Positions 46,979 through 58,978 of a DNA stretch of 64,000 bases are shown here, piece by piece; the stretch's first letter is position 1; each line of letters starts with the position of its first letter. The position numbers and the translations under genes are program-made. The notes beneath the pieces were generated by a model, which searched no databases, was not told where the DNA came from, and worked only from the letters and a program-made list of their open reading frames with translations. The stretch is from Macrostomum lignano (lineage: Eukaryota), in NCBI GenBank assembly GCA_002269645.1, contig NIVC01000730.1, forward strand, positions 186,001-250,000. The letters are read 5' to 3'.

Positions 46979-47644
46979 TGCATTCTCATCATAGCAGATT
47001 AAATTCGGCCAACTTCGCTGATTTTTTTTATTTGTGTACGTGGCAATAGTTTCAGAAATAGTATTAAAACTTGTATTTTCGATCAGAATAAATTCGAAGT
47101 TTTATTCTAATTTTCAAAAACTAAAAAATTGAAGGCCAACGAATGCCACTGTATTCCTCATCATATCTGCTGTTCAATCGTCAGTCTAAAAGCGTTCAAA
47201 GTATAAGCGCTTTGGCGGTACACCTTTGGTTAAGGCCCACTGGACCAACCTCTACAATGTTGCTACTTTACTACAAATTTGTTTCTATCAAGTAATCTTT
47301 AAACTTATTTTCTTGTTGCACTTACTTTCTTAATGAATCTTTCTGAACTCCAGAGAATGTTTCCACCTTTTTAATTGGACTTTTGCAACGTCGTCTTCCA
47401 TTTTTTCATCCTTTTTCGCTGAATAGATTACTCATATTTTGCTAATAACTACGATTAATAATGTTGAGCTAGTTTGTACATTCCTTTGAAATAATTCTTG
47501 CAGTTCATTTTTGTTTAATTCCGTGCAACAATAATATACACGCTGTGCTACACGAGTAAATATGGGCTGTTGTTTATGTAGAATGGGGAGATAATCCCGT
47601 AGTAGTTTAATATTTTAGCGAGTTCTTACTAATTTATTGATCAA

Positions 47645-48163
47645 TTACTGCCCCAATGTACGCACACTCCAGACCCCGCCTGCCCGCTGATCAATTCCTG
47701 CCCCAATGTACGCACACTCCAGACCCCGCCTGCCCGCTAACCAATTCCTGCCCCAATGTACGCACACCCCAGACCCAGCTTGCCCGGTAAACAATTCCTG
47801 CCCCAATGTACGCACACCCCAGACCCAGCTTGCCCGGTAAACAATTCCTGCCCCAATGTACGCACACCCCAGACCCAGCTTGCCCGGTAAACAATTCCTG
47901 CCCCAATGTACGCACACCCAGACCCAGCTTGCCCGGTAAACAGTTCCTGCCCCAATGTACGCACACCCCAGACCCAGCTTGCCCGGTAAACAATTCCTGC
48001 CCCAATGTACGCACACCCCAGACCCAGCTTGCCCGGTAAACAATTCCTGCCCCAATGTACGCACACCCCAGACCCAGCTTGCCCGGTAAACAATTCCTGC
48101 CCCAATGTACGCACACCCAGACCCAGCTTGCCCGGTAAACAGTTCCTGCCCCAATGTACGCAC
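47645..48163. repeat. 49-50-bp minisatellite (CCCCAATGTACGCACACCCCAGACCCAGCTTGCCCGGTAAACAATTCCTG), about 10 units
   Basis: Direct tandem repeat. Confidence 0.95.
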
Positions 48164-48617
48164 AATTTTAAGTTCCATTGTTTTGAGTTCTACGACGACG
48201 ATTTTTTATATTGAATTTCTACTTAATTTTCTAGGTTTCAGTCGTACAAGGCACTAAGTAATATGAAGTATTTCTTATATCAATTTATTTGGAAAGATAT
48301 ATTACAATTTTTCGTCTTTGTATTTGATAAAATTACGTTAATAATGAATTTACTAAGTAATTTATAGCTTCCTTTAATTAGCCTTTTTGCTGATCCCATA
48401 AAAATAAGTTTTCATTAGTTTGATGTAGCAGGTTATTATTCCGGAAGTTAAAATTCGACTTTTTAAAGGCAGTTATAGTAGTTCCGAGCGTATGGTTAGC
48501 TACAGTTGTGGGCACCCTGGCTTCGGCCAGCGCTGACAGCAATTATGACCCTTCCTACTAGGACTGAATCCCCAGCATAACTGGAGTCTCCCTACCGGCC
48601 TGCCAACTTCAGCCCAA

Positions 48618-49221
48618 ATGCTCCGGTCGCAGCAGTTGCATCAACATCGCCAGCAAAGTTCGGCGAGTCCCAAAAACCGAGGCGGCCTATTCTGGCGCTA
48701 CTGGCGCAGCGTCTGCTCTTCATCAGTGACCATTGCGCCATGCTGTTTGATGCGCGTCAGATTGAGATTAGGCATTGTGCTCAAATTAGTTTTGCTAGTT
48801 TTGCTCACATTAATCTGCCTGCTGTGCTACTGGAACCTGTCAATCAACTTGAAACTGTACTGGCAGTCTAACCCGGGTAGCAGCAATAATCCTTTGTTAA
48901 ATCCCAGCTTAAAAATCTTTCCTAAAACACCGGAAGAGCGAGCGGAATATAACAAAGCATTTCATCAGCATTCGTTTAATGCGTTTCTAAGCGACAGGCT
49001 CAGCTTGCAGAGATTAGTGCCGGACACCAGGGACCCCGCCTGCCAGTCCAAGTCTTACTACGCCAATTCTCAGTCCTACGATAACTTAACCGCATCAGTT
49101 ATTATCTGCTTCTATAATGAGGCCAAGTCGACCCTTCGCCGCACACTGTACAGCATTTTCAATCGGTCGCCGCCTCATCTGCTGCACGAAGTGATCGTTC
49201 TGGACGATGAAAGCAATAATG
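48618..49221 (+). CDS. GALNT11: Polypeptide N-acetylgalactosaminyltransferase, GALNT11/pgant35A-like, exon 1 (alternative start ATG at 48750)
   Basis: Type II transmembrane segment; FNAFLSDRLSLQRLVPDTRDPAC; ASVIICFYNEA; LLHEVIVLDD. Donor G|GTTAGT, phase 1. Confidence 0.88.
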
Positions 49222-49264
49222 GTTAGTGAATAACTCAGCCTCCTGCGATTTACAAACACTGGAT

Positions 49265-50166
49265 GGATTTTTCCTTTGATCTGAAGGATTTTGAATAACT
49301 GGAAGGCTCTTGTCTTTGATCTGAAGGATTTTGAACAACTGGAAGGCTCTTGTCTTTGATCTGAAGGATTTTGGATAACTGGAAGGCTCTTGCCTTTGAT
49401 CTGAAGGATTTTGGATAACTGGAAGGCTCTTGCCTTTGATCTGAAGGATTTTGAATAACTGGAAGGCTCTTGCCCTTGACCTGAGGATTTTGGATAACTG
49501 GAAGGCTCTTGCCTTTGATCTGAAGGATTTTGGATAACTGGAAGGCTCTTGCCTTTGATCTGAAGGATTTTGGATAACTGGAAGGCTCTTGCCTTTGATC
49601 TGAAGGATTTTGAATAACTGGAAGGCTCTTGCCCTTGACCTAAGGATTTTGGATAACTGGAAGGCTCTTGTCTTTGATCTGAAGGATTTTGAATAACTGG
49701 AAGGCTCTTGCCTTTGATCTGAAGGATTTTGAATAACTGGAAGGCTCTTGCCTTTGATCTGAAGGATTTTGAACAACTGGAAGGCTCTTGTCTTTGATCT
49801 GAAGGATTTTGAATAACTGGAAGGCTCTTGCCTTTGATCTGAAGGATTTTGAATAACTGGAAGGCTCTTGCCTTTGATCTGAAGGATTTTGAATAACTGG
49901 AAGGCTCTAGTCTTTGATCTGAAGGATTTTGAATAACTGGAAGGCTCTAGTCTTTGATCTGAAGGATTTTGAATAACTGGAAGGCTCTAGTCTTTGATCT
50001 GAAGGATTTTGAATAACTGGAAGGCTCTAGTCTTTGATCTGAAGGATTTTGAATAACTGGAAGGCTCTAGTCTTTGATCTGAAGGATTTTTAATAACTGG
50101 AAGGCTCTTGTCTTTGATCTGAAGGATTTTTAATAACTGGAAGGCTCTTGTCTTTGATCTGAAGGA
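49265..50166. repeat. 40-bp intronic minisatellite (CTTTGATCTGAAGGATTTTGAATAACTGGAAGGCTCTTGC), about 22 units
   Basis: Period 40; fills GALNT intron 1. Confidence 0.95.
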
Positions 50167-50292
50167 ATTCTCGAATCTTGTCTAATCTGGGGATCATTAT
50201 CTAGATGATTCTGTTTTAGCAATACTTTTTGCACCTATCGAGTGTTCTATGTAAATTGAAGACAAAAAACCCCGATTCAATGATTTTTCCAG

Positions 50293-50408
50293 GCATCAGC
50301 AGCTTCGATGTGAATTTTATATCGTCGAAAATTCGCTACCAAATTGCGCCAATGAAGCTGGGCCTCATCAGGGCGAGAAATTATGCGGCCAAACTGGCCA
50401 CAGGGCGG
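50293..50408 (+). CDS. GALNT11: GALNT11-like, exon 2
   Basis: Acceptor TTTTCCAG|, phase 1; LGLIRARNYAAKLATGR; donor CGG|GTGAGT, phase 0. Confidence 0.88.
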
Positions 50409-50499
50409 GTGAGTGGCTGGCTGTCAGGGTTTACAATCAGTTTGAATTTGGTGCATTTTGATTTTGAATATCTATTTAGCTTGTGGAATATAGGCTCCC

Positions 50500-50850
50500 A
50501 CATCCTCAATCCCCATACCCCTAATTCCCCCACCCTCAGTTCCCATATCATCAATCTCCATACCTTAATTCCCACACCCTCCATCCCCATACCTCTAATC
50601 CCCATACCCTAATTCCCACACCCTCAATCCCCATACCCTAATTCCCACAGCCTGAATCCCCATACCCCAAATTCCCACACCCTCAATCCCCATACCCTAA
50701 TTCCCACACCCTCAATCACCATACCCTAATTCCCACACCCTCAATCCCCATACCCTAATTCCCACACCCTCAAACCCCATACCCCAAATTCCCACAAGAT
50801 CGATCCCCACACTCGATCAATCCCATACCCCTAATCCCCACAGCTTCAAT
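50500..50850. repeat. 29-bp C-rich intronic minisatellite (CCCCATACCCTAATTCCCACACCCTCAAT)
   Basis: About 12 units running up to the exon 3 acceptor. Confidence 0.9.
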
Positions 50851-50863
50851 CTCAAACCCGCAG

Positions 50864-51541
50864 GTGCTCATCTTCCTAGACAGTCACATCGAAGTGAATG
50901 TCGGCTGGCTGCAGCCTCTGCTTCATCACCTCAGCATCCGGTCAAAATCGGTCGCTCTTCCCCTAGTAGACGTTATCGACGAGAAGACGTTCGAATATTC
51001 GGCTACGCCCCACGTTGTCGGCGGTTTCACGTGGAACCTGCGGTTCGCCTGGGATCCCCTGCCGGCCAGTGTGCCCTTAGACGAGCCGTTCCACTCGCCC
51101 GTGATGTCCGGTGGTCTTCTTGCCGTCCGGGCCAGCACCTTCCACGCGTTCGGCGCCTACGACAACCTCATGGAGACCTGGGGCGGCGAGAATCTGGAGA
51201 TGTCGTTTCGCTATTGGCAGTGCGGCGGCACCGTGTACGCCTGTCCCTGCTCTCGGGTTGGCCACGTGTTCAGGAGCCGCCGACCGTACGGCGAGTTCTC
51301 TGGCCGGGACAGCTGGCTGTTCAATTCTGTTCGGTTGGCCAACGTGTGGCTGGGCCCGTTTCGCGAGGTGTTCTTCTATCAGGAGCCCAGGGCTGTTGGT
51401 GTGGACCCTGGCGACCTGACCTCCCGGCTGGAGCTGCAGCGGACTCTGGGCTGCGTGTCTTTTAAATGGTATCTGCTGAATGTGGCCTCCAAGAAGATGA
51501 TCAGAAGTCTGCCTGGGAGGTTCCGGCATTTGCTGACCTGA
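50864..51541 (+). CDS. GALNT11: GALNT11-like, exon 3 (catalytic C-terminal half; ends without a ricin-B lectin domain)
   Basis: VLIFLDSH (DxH), WGGENLEMSFR, PCSRVGHVFRSRRPYG, FKWYLLNV, then a stop 17 codons later. The joined CDS is in frame. Confidence 0.92.
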   Translation: MLIFLDSHIEVNVGWLQPLLHHLSIRSKSVALPLVDVIDEKTFEYSATPHVVGGFTWNLRFAWDPLPASVPLDEPFHSPVMSGGLLAVRASTFHAFGAYDNLMETWGGENLEMSFRYWQCGGTVYACPCSRVGHVFRSRRPYGEFSGRDSWLFNSVRLANVWLGPFREVFFYQEPRAVGVDPGDLTSRLELQRTLGCVSFKWYLLNVASKKMIRSLPGRFRHLLT

Positions 51542-51744
51542 CCGGGAACTCTTCCAGTGTTTTCTTGGCCTTCCTTAATTGTGCATTGTTTATGTTTTGT
51601 GTAAGAATGTATTTTATATATAAATATGTAGCCCATTTTTATTCTCATCTGGTCGAGATTAACAGTAATAACTTCATTGTGCAGGCATTTTTGTTACTCA
51701 TTTATTAGCCAACAGAAAGGTTGCTTCAAGCAAATAAACAACAT

Positions 51745-52611
51745 TTAGCAATTCCCCGTGAGCATTGGCATCTGTTTAGCAATTCCCCATGAGCATTGGC
51801 ATCTGATTAGCAATTCCCCGTGAGCATTGGCATCTGATTAGCAATTCCCCGTGAGCATTGGCATCTGATTAGCAATTCCCCATGAGCATTGGCATCTGAT
51901 TAGCAATTCCCCTTTGGCATCTGATTAGCAATTCCCCTTTGGCATCTGATTAGCAATTCCCCTTTGACATCTGATTAGCAATTCCCCTTTGACATCTGAA
52001 TAGCACTTCTCCTTTGACATCTGATTAGCAATTCCCCTTTGGCATCTGAATAGCACTTCCCCTTTGAAATCTGATTAGCAATTCCCCTTTGACATCTGAA
52101 TAGCGATTCCCCTTTGGCATCTGATTAGCAATTCCCCTTTGAAATCTGATTAGCAATTCCCCTTTGACATCTGAATAGCAATTCCCCTTTGAAATCTGAT
52201 TAGCAATTCCCCTTTGGCATCTGAATAGCACTTCCCCTTTGAAATCTGATTAGCAATTCCCCTTTGACATCTGAATAGCGATTCCCCTTTGGCATCTGAT
52301 TAGCAATTCCCCTTTGAAATCTGATTAGCAATTCCCCTTTGACATCTGAATAGCAATTCCCCTTTGAAATCTGATTAGCAATTCCCCTTTGGCATCTGAA
52401 TAGCACTTCCCCTTTGAAATCTGATTAGCAATTCCCCTTTGACATCTGATTAGCAATTCCCCTTTGACATCTGATTAGCAATTCCCCTTTGACATCTGAT
52501 TAGCAATTCCCCTTTGACATCTGATTAGCAATTCCCCTTTGACATCTGATTAGCAATTCCCCTTTGACATCTGATTAGCAATTCCCCTTTGACATCTTAT
52601 TAGCAATTCCC
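51745..52611. repeat. 25-bp minisatellite (TAGCAATTCCCCTTTGACATCTGAT), about 34 units
   Basis: Period 25; related to the degenerate repeat in Helitron module B. Confidence 0.95.
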
Positions 52612-52876
52612 TAGGCTGTTTTCATGGCAGCTATTACTGTTTAATCCATATTTCGCCTTATCTTTTTAAACCTTATCTTTTATTCACGTATATCCAATTT
52701 TATCATGTATAATTGTACAAAAATATGTTTAATTCATTTGATTTGATAAATTCAATCAATTCTTTGTCGCAGAAATAAAACTTTTATGATACTCGTAAAA
52801 AACTTTTTAAACCGGTGCTTTGCTAAATATTATATTATGTAAGCGTATTAATTCTCCACTCGCTTTTTGATTTTTA

Positions 52877-53659
52877 TGTAGTGGCAAACCGGCCCGCGCG
52901 AAGCCTCTGTAGCCGGCTCTCGGGGTCCTTTGAAACTTCACAATAGCAATCCGGCCTCTGTCTCCTCGGCCTCGGCCTCCGGCTTCTGTCTCTTCTCAGC
53001 TCTCCTCTCTTTCTTCTCTCCTCTCCTCTCACATATCCCCTCTTCTCTTCCCTCTTCTCTCCTCTCTTCTCTTCCCTTCTTCGCTCCTCTCCTCTCATAT
53101 ATTCTCTTCTCTCCTCTCATCTCTCCTCTCTTCTCTTCTCTCTTCTCTCCTCTCGTCTCATCTCTCCCCTCTCCTCTCCTCTCCTCTCTTCTCATCTCTC
53201 CCTCTCCTCTCTCCTCTCCTCTCATCTCTTCGCCGTCTTCTCTCCTCTCGTCTCATCTCTTCCCTCTTCTCTCCTCTCCTCACTTCTCTCCTCTCATATT
53301 TTCTCTCCTTTCATCTCCTCTCTCTCCGCTCTCATCCAAGTCTACCGACTTCGGCCCATTGTTATCTTCTATACGTTTAAATTAGAGTAAAAACTTTCAA
53401 AAATCAGCATGAAAATCATGAAAACGTGTTGATCTGGTCCAGAAAAATTGTGCTGCAATTTTATGTTTTTACTTGTTGCAGAAAAACATAACAATATCGC
53501 ATTATGATTACTACTGTTAACAATGAGACAGGCAGTAGTGAATAGCGGGTTTTTCTGTTAATAAAGGAATATTATATATTGATGGCGGCAACTGAGTGCG
53601 CGTTTAGCACAACGAGACAAGACTGGATTAGTGTGTAATAAAATATTTTCGAAACTACA
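52877..53659. mobile_element. Possible old solo LTR containing a CT-rich low-complexity tract (about 52980-53330)
   Basis: TGTAGT...ACTACA termini; flanks TTTTA/TTCTA could be a 5-bp TSD with one mismatch; AATAAA near the right end. Only the CT tract is certain. Confidence 0.3.
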
Positions 53660-54548
53660 TTCTACAAAATTCAGTGCTTGCATTGAAAACAATCAAAAGT
53701 GTTAGAAAAAAGTTTGTTCAAGTTACAATTTGTATCGGCATGTACATTACAGGTTAGAAGTTGTTGTTTCGCATCTGATATTGCTTTTGTATGCCTGCCT
53801 GCCTGTCAGTCAGTTTGATGCAGCAGGGTTTGACTCTGGAAATTCAAATTTGGGTTATTAAAACCTCTACACGACGAACCAAAAAATGCGTCACACCCTT
53901 TGCCGACGGCTGGCTGGCACGATTTCGTGCCAAGTGCATGAGTGTCAGAATTTCTACCCCCCCCCCGTTCCAGACGGCAGCTAGCTCCACAAGTACACCC
54001 ATATGTAACAAAGCCGCTTAACCAAAAGATAATTTGTCTATGGCTGGGGACCAAATGCTATGGCTGCATGTCTTACATTCATGAGAAAACCTTACAGGGA
54101 AATATGAAAAGGGCACTACTTTCGGCCATAGATATTTATTGAAATCACTGTCGTGCTTATATTAGTTCTGTCAAGGACCTGCTTCAGAAATACAGAAACA
54201 GTCTTTTATACAATTGGATATTTTAATCCTCTGTCTACCCAAAGCACCAAGCAACATGGTGTTAGACTTTGACGGAGACTCGGACGTGAGCTGGTTCACT
54301 GCTGATGATGAGTCAATTGACGGATCCAAAGTTGAACATCCCCACAGTGACCAGGAAGAAGAGCATGATGAGTGGTGAAAAGAACAGTGACTGTTTGTGC
54401 CGCTTGACAAGGAGTTCCTGCATTGTGTTTGGGTGCTTGCTTTGCTAGCTGGCACATGGTTCATCCTAATTGACCATGGTAGGATGAGCGGCTTTTGTGT
54501 TGAAACAACAATGAAGTTTTGGTGACCCAATTTCCCCTTTTCTGTCAC

Positions 54549-54732
54549 CAGGGGCGGATTTAGGGGGGCATCCCCCCCCCCAAATAGCTTGACAGAGCAT
54601 ATTCCGCGCCCCCAAAAACCTGAGTTTTCGCCCCCTAAACTTGATTTTTCGCCCCAAAATGCCTTTTTTGCGCCTCTAAGCGCCCCAAACTTGGACCGCC
54701 CCCCCCCCAATGAAACTCTAGATCCGCCACTG
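54549..54732. mobile_element. hAT-superfamily MITE
   Basis: 15-bp TIRs CAGGGGCGGATTTAG / CTAGATCCGCCACTG (2 mismatches) and a perfect 8-bp TSD, TCTGTCAC, at 54541-54548 and 54733-54740. Confidence 0.92.
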
Positions 54733-54975
54733 TCTGTCACCTATTCTACCGTGTTTTTCTGTTTGAATACTGTTCAATTTTACAGTTTATTCTATTTATT
54801 AATAGTCTAGACTACTTCCTTAAAACCAATGCTTTAATAGTATCAATACAGAAAGCATGATCTACGTTCGTGTTATACTCGTACTATATTAATTTACGGA
54901 TAAGATACAAATGTCCTAGGCACTTCCATCCAAATATACTAAATCTCTAGCAAATACTATTATTCGTTTCTAATA

Positions 54976-56660
54976 CACCATTTTACCCTCGATTTTGAAC
55001 AAGGAGAACTTCGAAACCGACAAACTCCTCTTCAATATTGACACTCTATGGTCGAGCACTCAAAATCTACAATCAATATTGACAGATCAAGCTTCAATTT
55101 TGACAAACTCTGGTTCAATTTTGACAATGCACGTTTAGTCAACTTCTCCTGGGAGAATTCGGTAACAAAGTAATCCAATGAAAGCCTGAACGGGGCTGAA
55201 GTGAGCTGTGCAAAATCAGCTTATTCTGACTTTGCTTTTTGGATCTACAAGTAATGCCAAAGTTTATTTTTCTCCATCCTTTTACACACACAGACTAAAA
55301 TAGCCTGACTGGTTGGGCTGCAAAGTCAGATTCTATTTTGACAGAGTTGCTTCAAAACTGACACTCTATGGTTTGTGTACCCAAAAAGTCCGCTTCATTT
55401 TTGACAACTCCGAATCAATATTGAACAGTTTACAATCGATTTTGACTAAGACTTTTTTGAAATAGATTTTGACCATTGTTACTAAGATTTCTCTCTCTCG
55501 AGGGGAGGGCGTACTTGCTATTTGGGAGAGGGGGTACTGGCTGCATGTATCTACGAGTATGGGAATCTTTCTATCCAGGGATGCTTGCTAGAGTCCCTGC
55601 TCTCTCAAGGGACTCTAGCAAAAAGCCGGTCATTTAACATCCCAAGACAGCAAGCATACACCCAGATAGCCAGCATATACCCAGATAGCCAGCATACACC
55701 CAGATAGCCAGCATATACCCAGATAGCCAGCATACACCCAGATAGCCAGCATATACCCAGATAGCCAGCATACACCCAGATAGCCAGCATACACCCAGAT
55801 AGCCAGCATATACCCAGATAGCCAGCATACACCCAGATAGCCAGCATACACCCAGATAGCCAGCATACACCCAGATAGCCAGCATACACCCAGATAGCAA
55901 GCATACACCCAGATAGCCAGCATATACCCAAATAGCCAGCATACACCCAGATAGCCAGCATATACCCAGATAGCCAGCATACACCCAGATAGCAAGCATC
56001 TTGCAGATAGCAAGCATCATCCAGGTAGCAAAAATCCAACCAGATAGCAAGCATCCCTGGATAGAAAGATTCCCATACTCGTAGATACATGCAGCCAGTA
56101 CCCCCTCTCCCAAATAGCAAGTACCCCCTCCCCTCGAGAGAGAGAAATCTTAGTAACAATGGTCAAAATCTATTTTTAAAAATGTCTTAGTCAAAATCGA
56201 TTGTAAACTGTTCAATATTGATTCGGAGTTGTCAAAATTGAAGCGGACTTTTTGGGTACACAAACCATAGAGTGTCAGTTTTGAAGCAACTCTGTCAAAA
56301 TAGAATCTGACTTTGCAGCCCAACCAGTCAGGCTATTTTAGTCTGTGTGTGTAAAAGGATGGAGAAAAATAAACTTTGGCATTACTTGTAGATCCAAAAA
56401 GCAAAGTCAGAATAAGCTGATTTTGCACAGCTCACTTCAGCCCCGTTAAGGCTTTTATTAGATTACTTTGTTACCGAATTCTCCCATGAGAAGTTGACTA
56501 AACGTGCATTGTCAAAATTGAACCAGAGTTTGTCAAAATTGAAGCTTGATCTGTCAATATTGATTGTAGATTTTGAGTGCTCGACCATAGAGTGTCAATA
56601 TTGAAGAGGAGTTTGTCGGTTTCGAAGTTCTCCTTGTTCAAAATCGAGGGTAAAATGGTG
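54976..56660. mobile_element. Foldback-type non-autonomous DNA transposon with ~615-bp TIRs (CAC termini, TA TSD; CMC/EnSpm-like)
   Basis: TA|CACCATTTTACCCTCG...CGAGGGTAAAATGGTG|TA. The arms 54976-55590 and 56045-56660 differ at only about 10 positions by eye, and contain repeated TTTTGACA motifs. Confidence 0.9.
55650..56044. repeat. 20-bp minisatellite (CCCAGATAGCCAGCATACAC) in the foldback spacer
   Basis: About 19 units. Confidence 0.95.
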
Positions 56661-57358
56661 TATACACAGGTATACACTTGGTCTTGGTCCCATAATTCTT
56701 GATCTGTGATGATTGCCATAGACTGTCACCTAAACTATAGGAAAATAAGCAGCTTTCCAACGAAAGCGGACGTGGCACGTTTTTGAGCCATGTCAGTCGG
56801 CAACGGGGGTATTGAATTCTGCAATCTACGATTGCCCTAGACACTAAGATTCGGTTCCGTCAGTAACTATATGATTACTTTATGGCACGAAATCGTGCCA
56901 TCCGTCTTCTGCCGGTTAAATGTAATTAATAATATAGTTAAAGGTTAGCTGCTTTTATCGTAGATTCCGTTGGTTGTGGGCACCCTGCCGTAACATCATC
57001 AGCGACATTCCGTTGACCCCTGAGCATGTCACAGAATGTCCCGCGAAGGACAAAGAGTGCTGATAACTAGGAATTGTACCCCAAGATTTCCCAAATCAGA
57101 TATAAGGCATTCAGAACTGGATTTGATCCAATTGAATTCCCAATGGGTCTTCATTCGATGGACGAGTGAAGAAAGATGCAGAAATGCAAGATTTGATGCT
57201 GTGAATCGCAGACAACCCCCTTCCGGACAATTTTGAATGTGGCCGCTCAGGAATCGAACCGGGGGCCGTTAGTGTGTCACCCAGCATCCATGCGCATTTT
57301 AATACCTGCAAAATGACACGATCCATCGTGTATCCGTGTACTGCATACTGCTCCTTCA

Positions 57359-57949
57359 TCAGTCAGCTGGTCCAGCAGCCCCAGCATCCGTAGCCTCATC
57401 GCTGGCCTCGTCTCCTGCCGCATCGGCCCGCAGGCCGCCAGCCGAGGAGGCCTCCAGCGCGACCAGGCGCCGCCTCAGTTTGCTCTGCGTCGAGCCGAAC
57501 TCGGCCAGCATCCTGGCGAACCGAGTCTGCAGCACGCCGAGCTCGGCGTTCAGCCGCTCGACTCGACGCTCGGTCGACTCACGATCTTGCAGCGCCTTGG
57601 CCAGCGCCTCCTCGTCGATGAGGTTGTCTTTGCGCAGAACCTGCTGTCCTTTCTCCAGCAGTTTGACCTTGGCGTCGGGGTACTCGGTCAGCGCCTCCCA
57701 CAGGTCGTTCTTGCTCAGGCAGAACAGGTCCGAGTAGCCGTCGCTGCGCACGTTTGCGGTGCGCCGATTGCCCGTCTTGTTGCCCGGGATGTTCAGGATG
57801 GACACCTCGCCGAACACGCTGCCCTCGCCCAGGGTGACGAAAACGGTTTTGCCGTCTGGTGAGACCACGCTGAGCTTGCCGCGTTTCACTATGTACATCT
57901 CCTTGCCGATGTCGCCCTTGCGGCAGATGTAGTCTCCGGGTGAGTACAC
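57359..57949 (-). CDS. CNGA: Cyclic nucleotide-gated channel alpha subunit, last exon (CNBD and C-terminal leucine zipper)
   Basis: [52 protein letters not shown]; acceptor CGGCAG|, phase 0. Confidence 0.95.
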   Translation of the reverse strand: MYSPGDYICRKGDIGKEMYIVKRGKLSVVSPDGKTVFVTLGEGSVFGEVSILNIPGNKTGNRRTANVRSDGYSDLFCLSKNDLWEALTEYPDAKVKLLEKGQQVLRKDNLIDEEALAKALQDRESTERRVERLNAELGVLQTRFARMLAEFGSTQSKLRRRLVALEASSAGGLRADAAGDEASDEATDAGAAGPAD

Positions 57950-58199
57950 CTGCCGTAATTGAGTCGTCGAGCTGGTTGAATGAGTGCATTACATGTAAAT
58001 CACACTGCGCAGGCAACAAAAAGATTTTTATTTATTTGAGGCCAACAATTTCCTGTAAATAATACTCTTGAAGAGATATACATATAGGAAAAATTCTTTT
58101 CTTTCTTCAAATGATCAACATGATTGTATTTGATCTGGGGCAGTGAACATTTCCATTGTTTTACTTTTAATGCTCTGTTGTATTTTATATATCAAAATT

Positions 58200-58390
58200 T
58201 AGCTAGCGTCGGACTCACAACTTGAAAGGTCGGGGGTTCGATTCCCGATCCCACTGGAACAATTTATTTCCTTGAGCAAGACACTTAACTCTGCATTGCT
58301 TCAGTTGGGGTAATTGAGGGTGTGTGGCGACCTCCCAGTCTTTGGACTGAACAGCCGTGCGCAGCCTTCAGATACTTGAGCGTACATACA
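58200..58390 (+). mobile_element. 5'-truncated tRNA-derived CORE-type SINE in a CNG intron
   Basis: B-box GGTTCGATTCCC, then CCTTGAGCAAGACACTTAACTCTGCATTGCTTCAGTT, resembling the MIR/AFC CORE domain. Confidence 0.7.
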
Positions 58391-58978
58391 ATATGTAGTA
58401 TAGAAGGTATGTACTTGTATGTATAGGTATTAATAGGCATTGAAATGGAGTGCATACCTAATGGCTCGAGGGAACCTGCATGCAATTTAATTACAAATGA
58501 ACTGTATTTGCATTCAAGACGAACCAAAGCAAAAAGTTCAGCTAATGCCCCAATAGTGAGTATTGCAGGTAGTTTTAGGCTTTGAAAAATGAAAATAATT
58601 AAATATCAAATTTTCACTACATAGCTATGCAAAATACAACAGTAGCCTGTGCTTTGCATTCTGAATTAAAGGAATGGTAAATCTTCACCGCCCGAGATCA
58701 AATGCAATTATTGATTTTGTGATGACACAAATGATTTTTCCCAGGAAATCGGCCTAAAATTTTGAGTCCTGGTTATACTACGTAGCAGTGGTCCTTGGCA
58801 AAAATACGATGTTCGACCTTTAAATACTTTAACTGCATAGTACATCCTGACCTTTAATACGGACTTCTGTGCTAGAGTCTTACAATCCATTACCAACGTT
58901 GAGTAAATATTTGGATTTTCGACGCAGCCTTCATTTTTTGTTAAACAGTCCCGTACAGAATGCCAAAAAATGCCTCAC

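Noticed and set aside
52930-53385. 151-aa Ser/Leu/Pro ORF and antisense Arg/Glu/Gly ORFs
   Set aside because: Translations of a CT-rich low-complexity tract.
54171-54740. 189-aa minus-strand ORF and an acidic + strand frame (MVLDFDGDSD...)
   Set aside because: The ORF runs across the hAT MITE; no domain or splice context recognised.
48494-56987. Shared 15-mer GTTGTGGGCACCCTG at about 48505 and 56973
   Set aside because: One or two such matches are expected by chance in 64 kb, and the similarity does not extend beyond a nearby GGTTAGCT.
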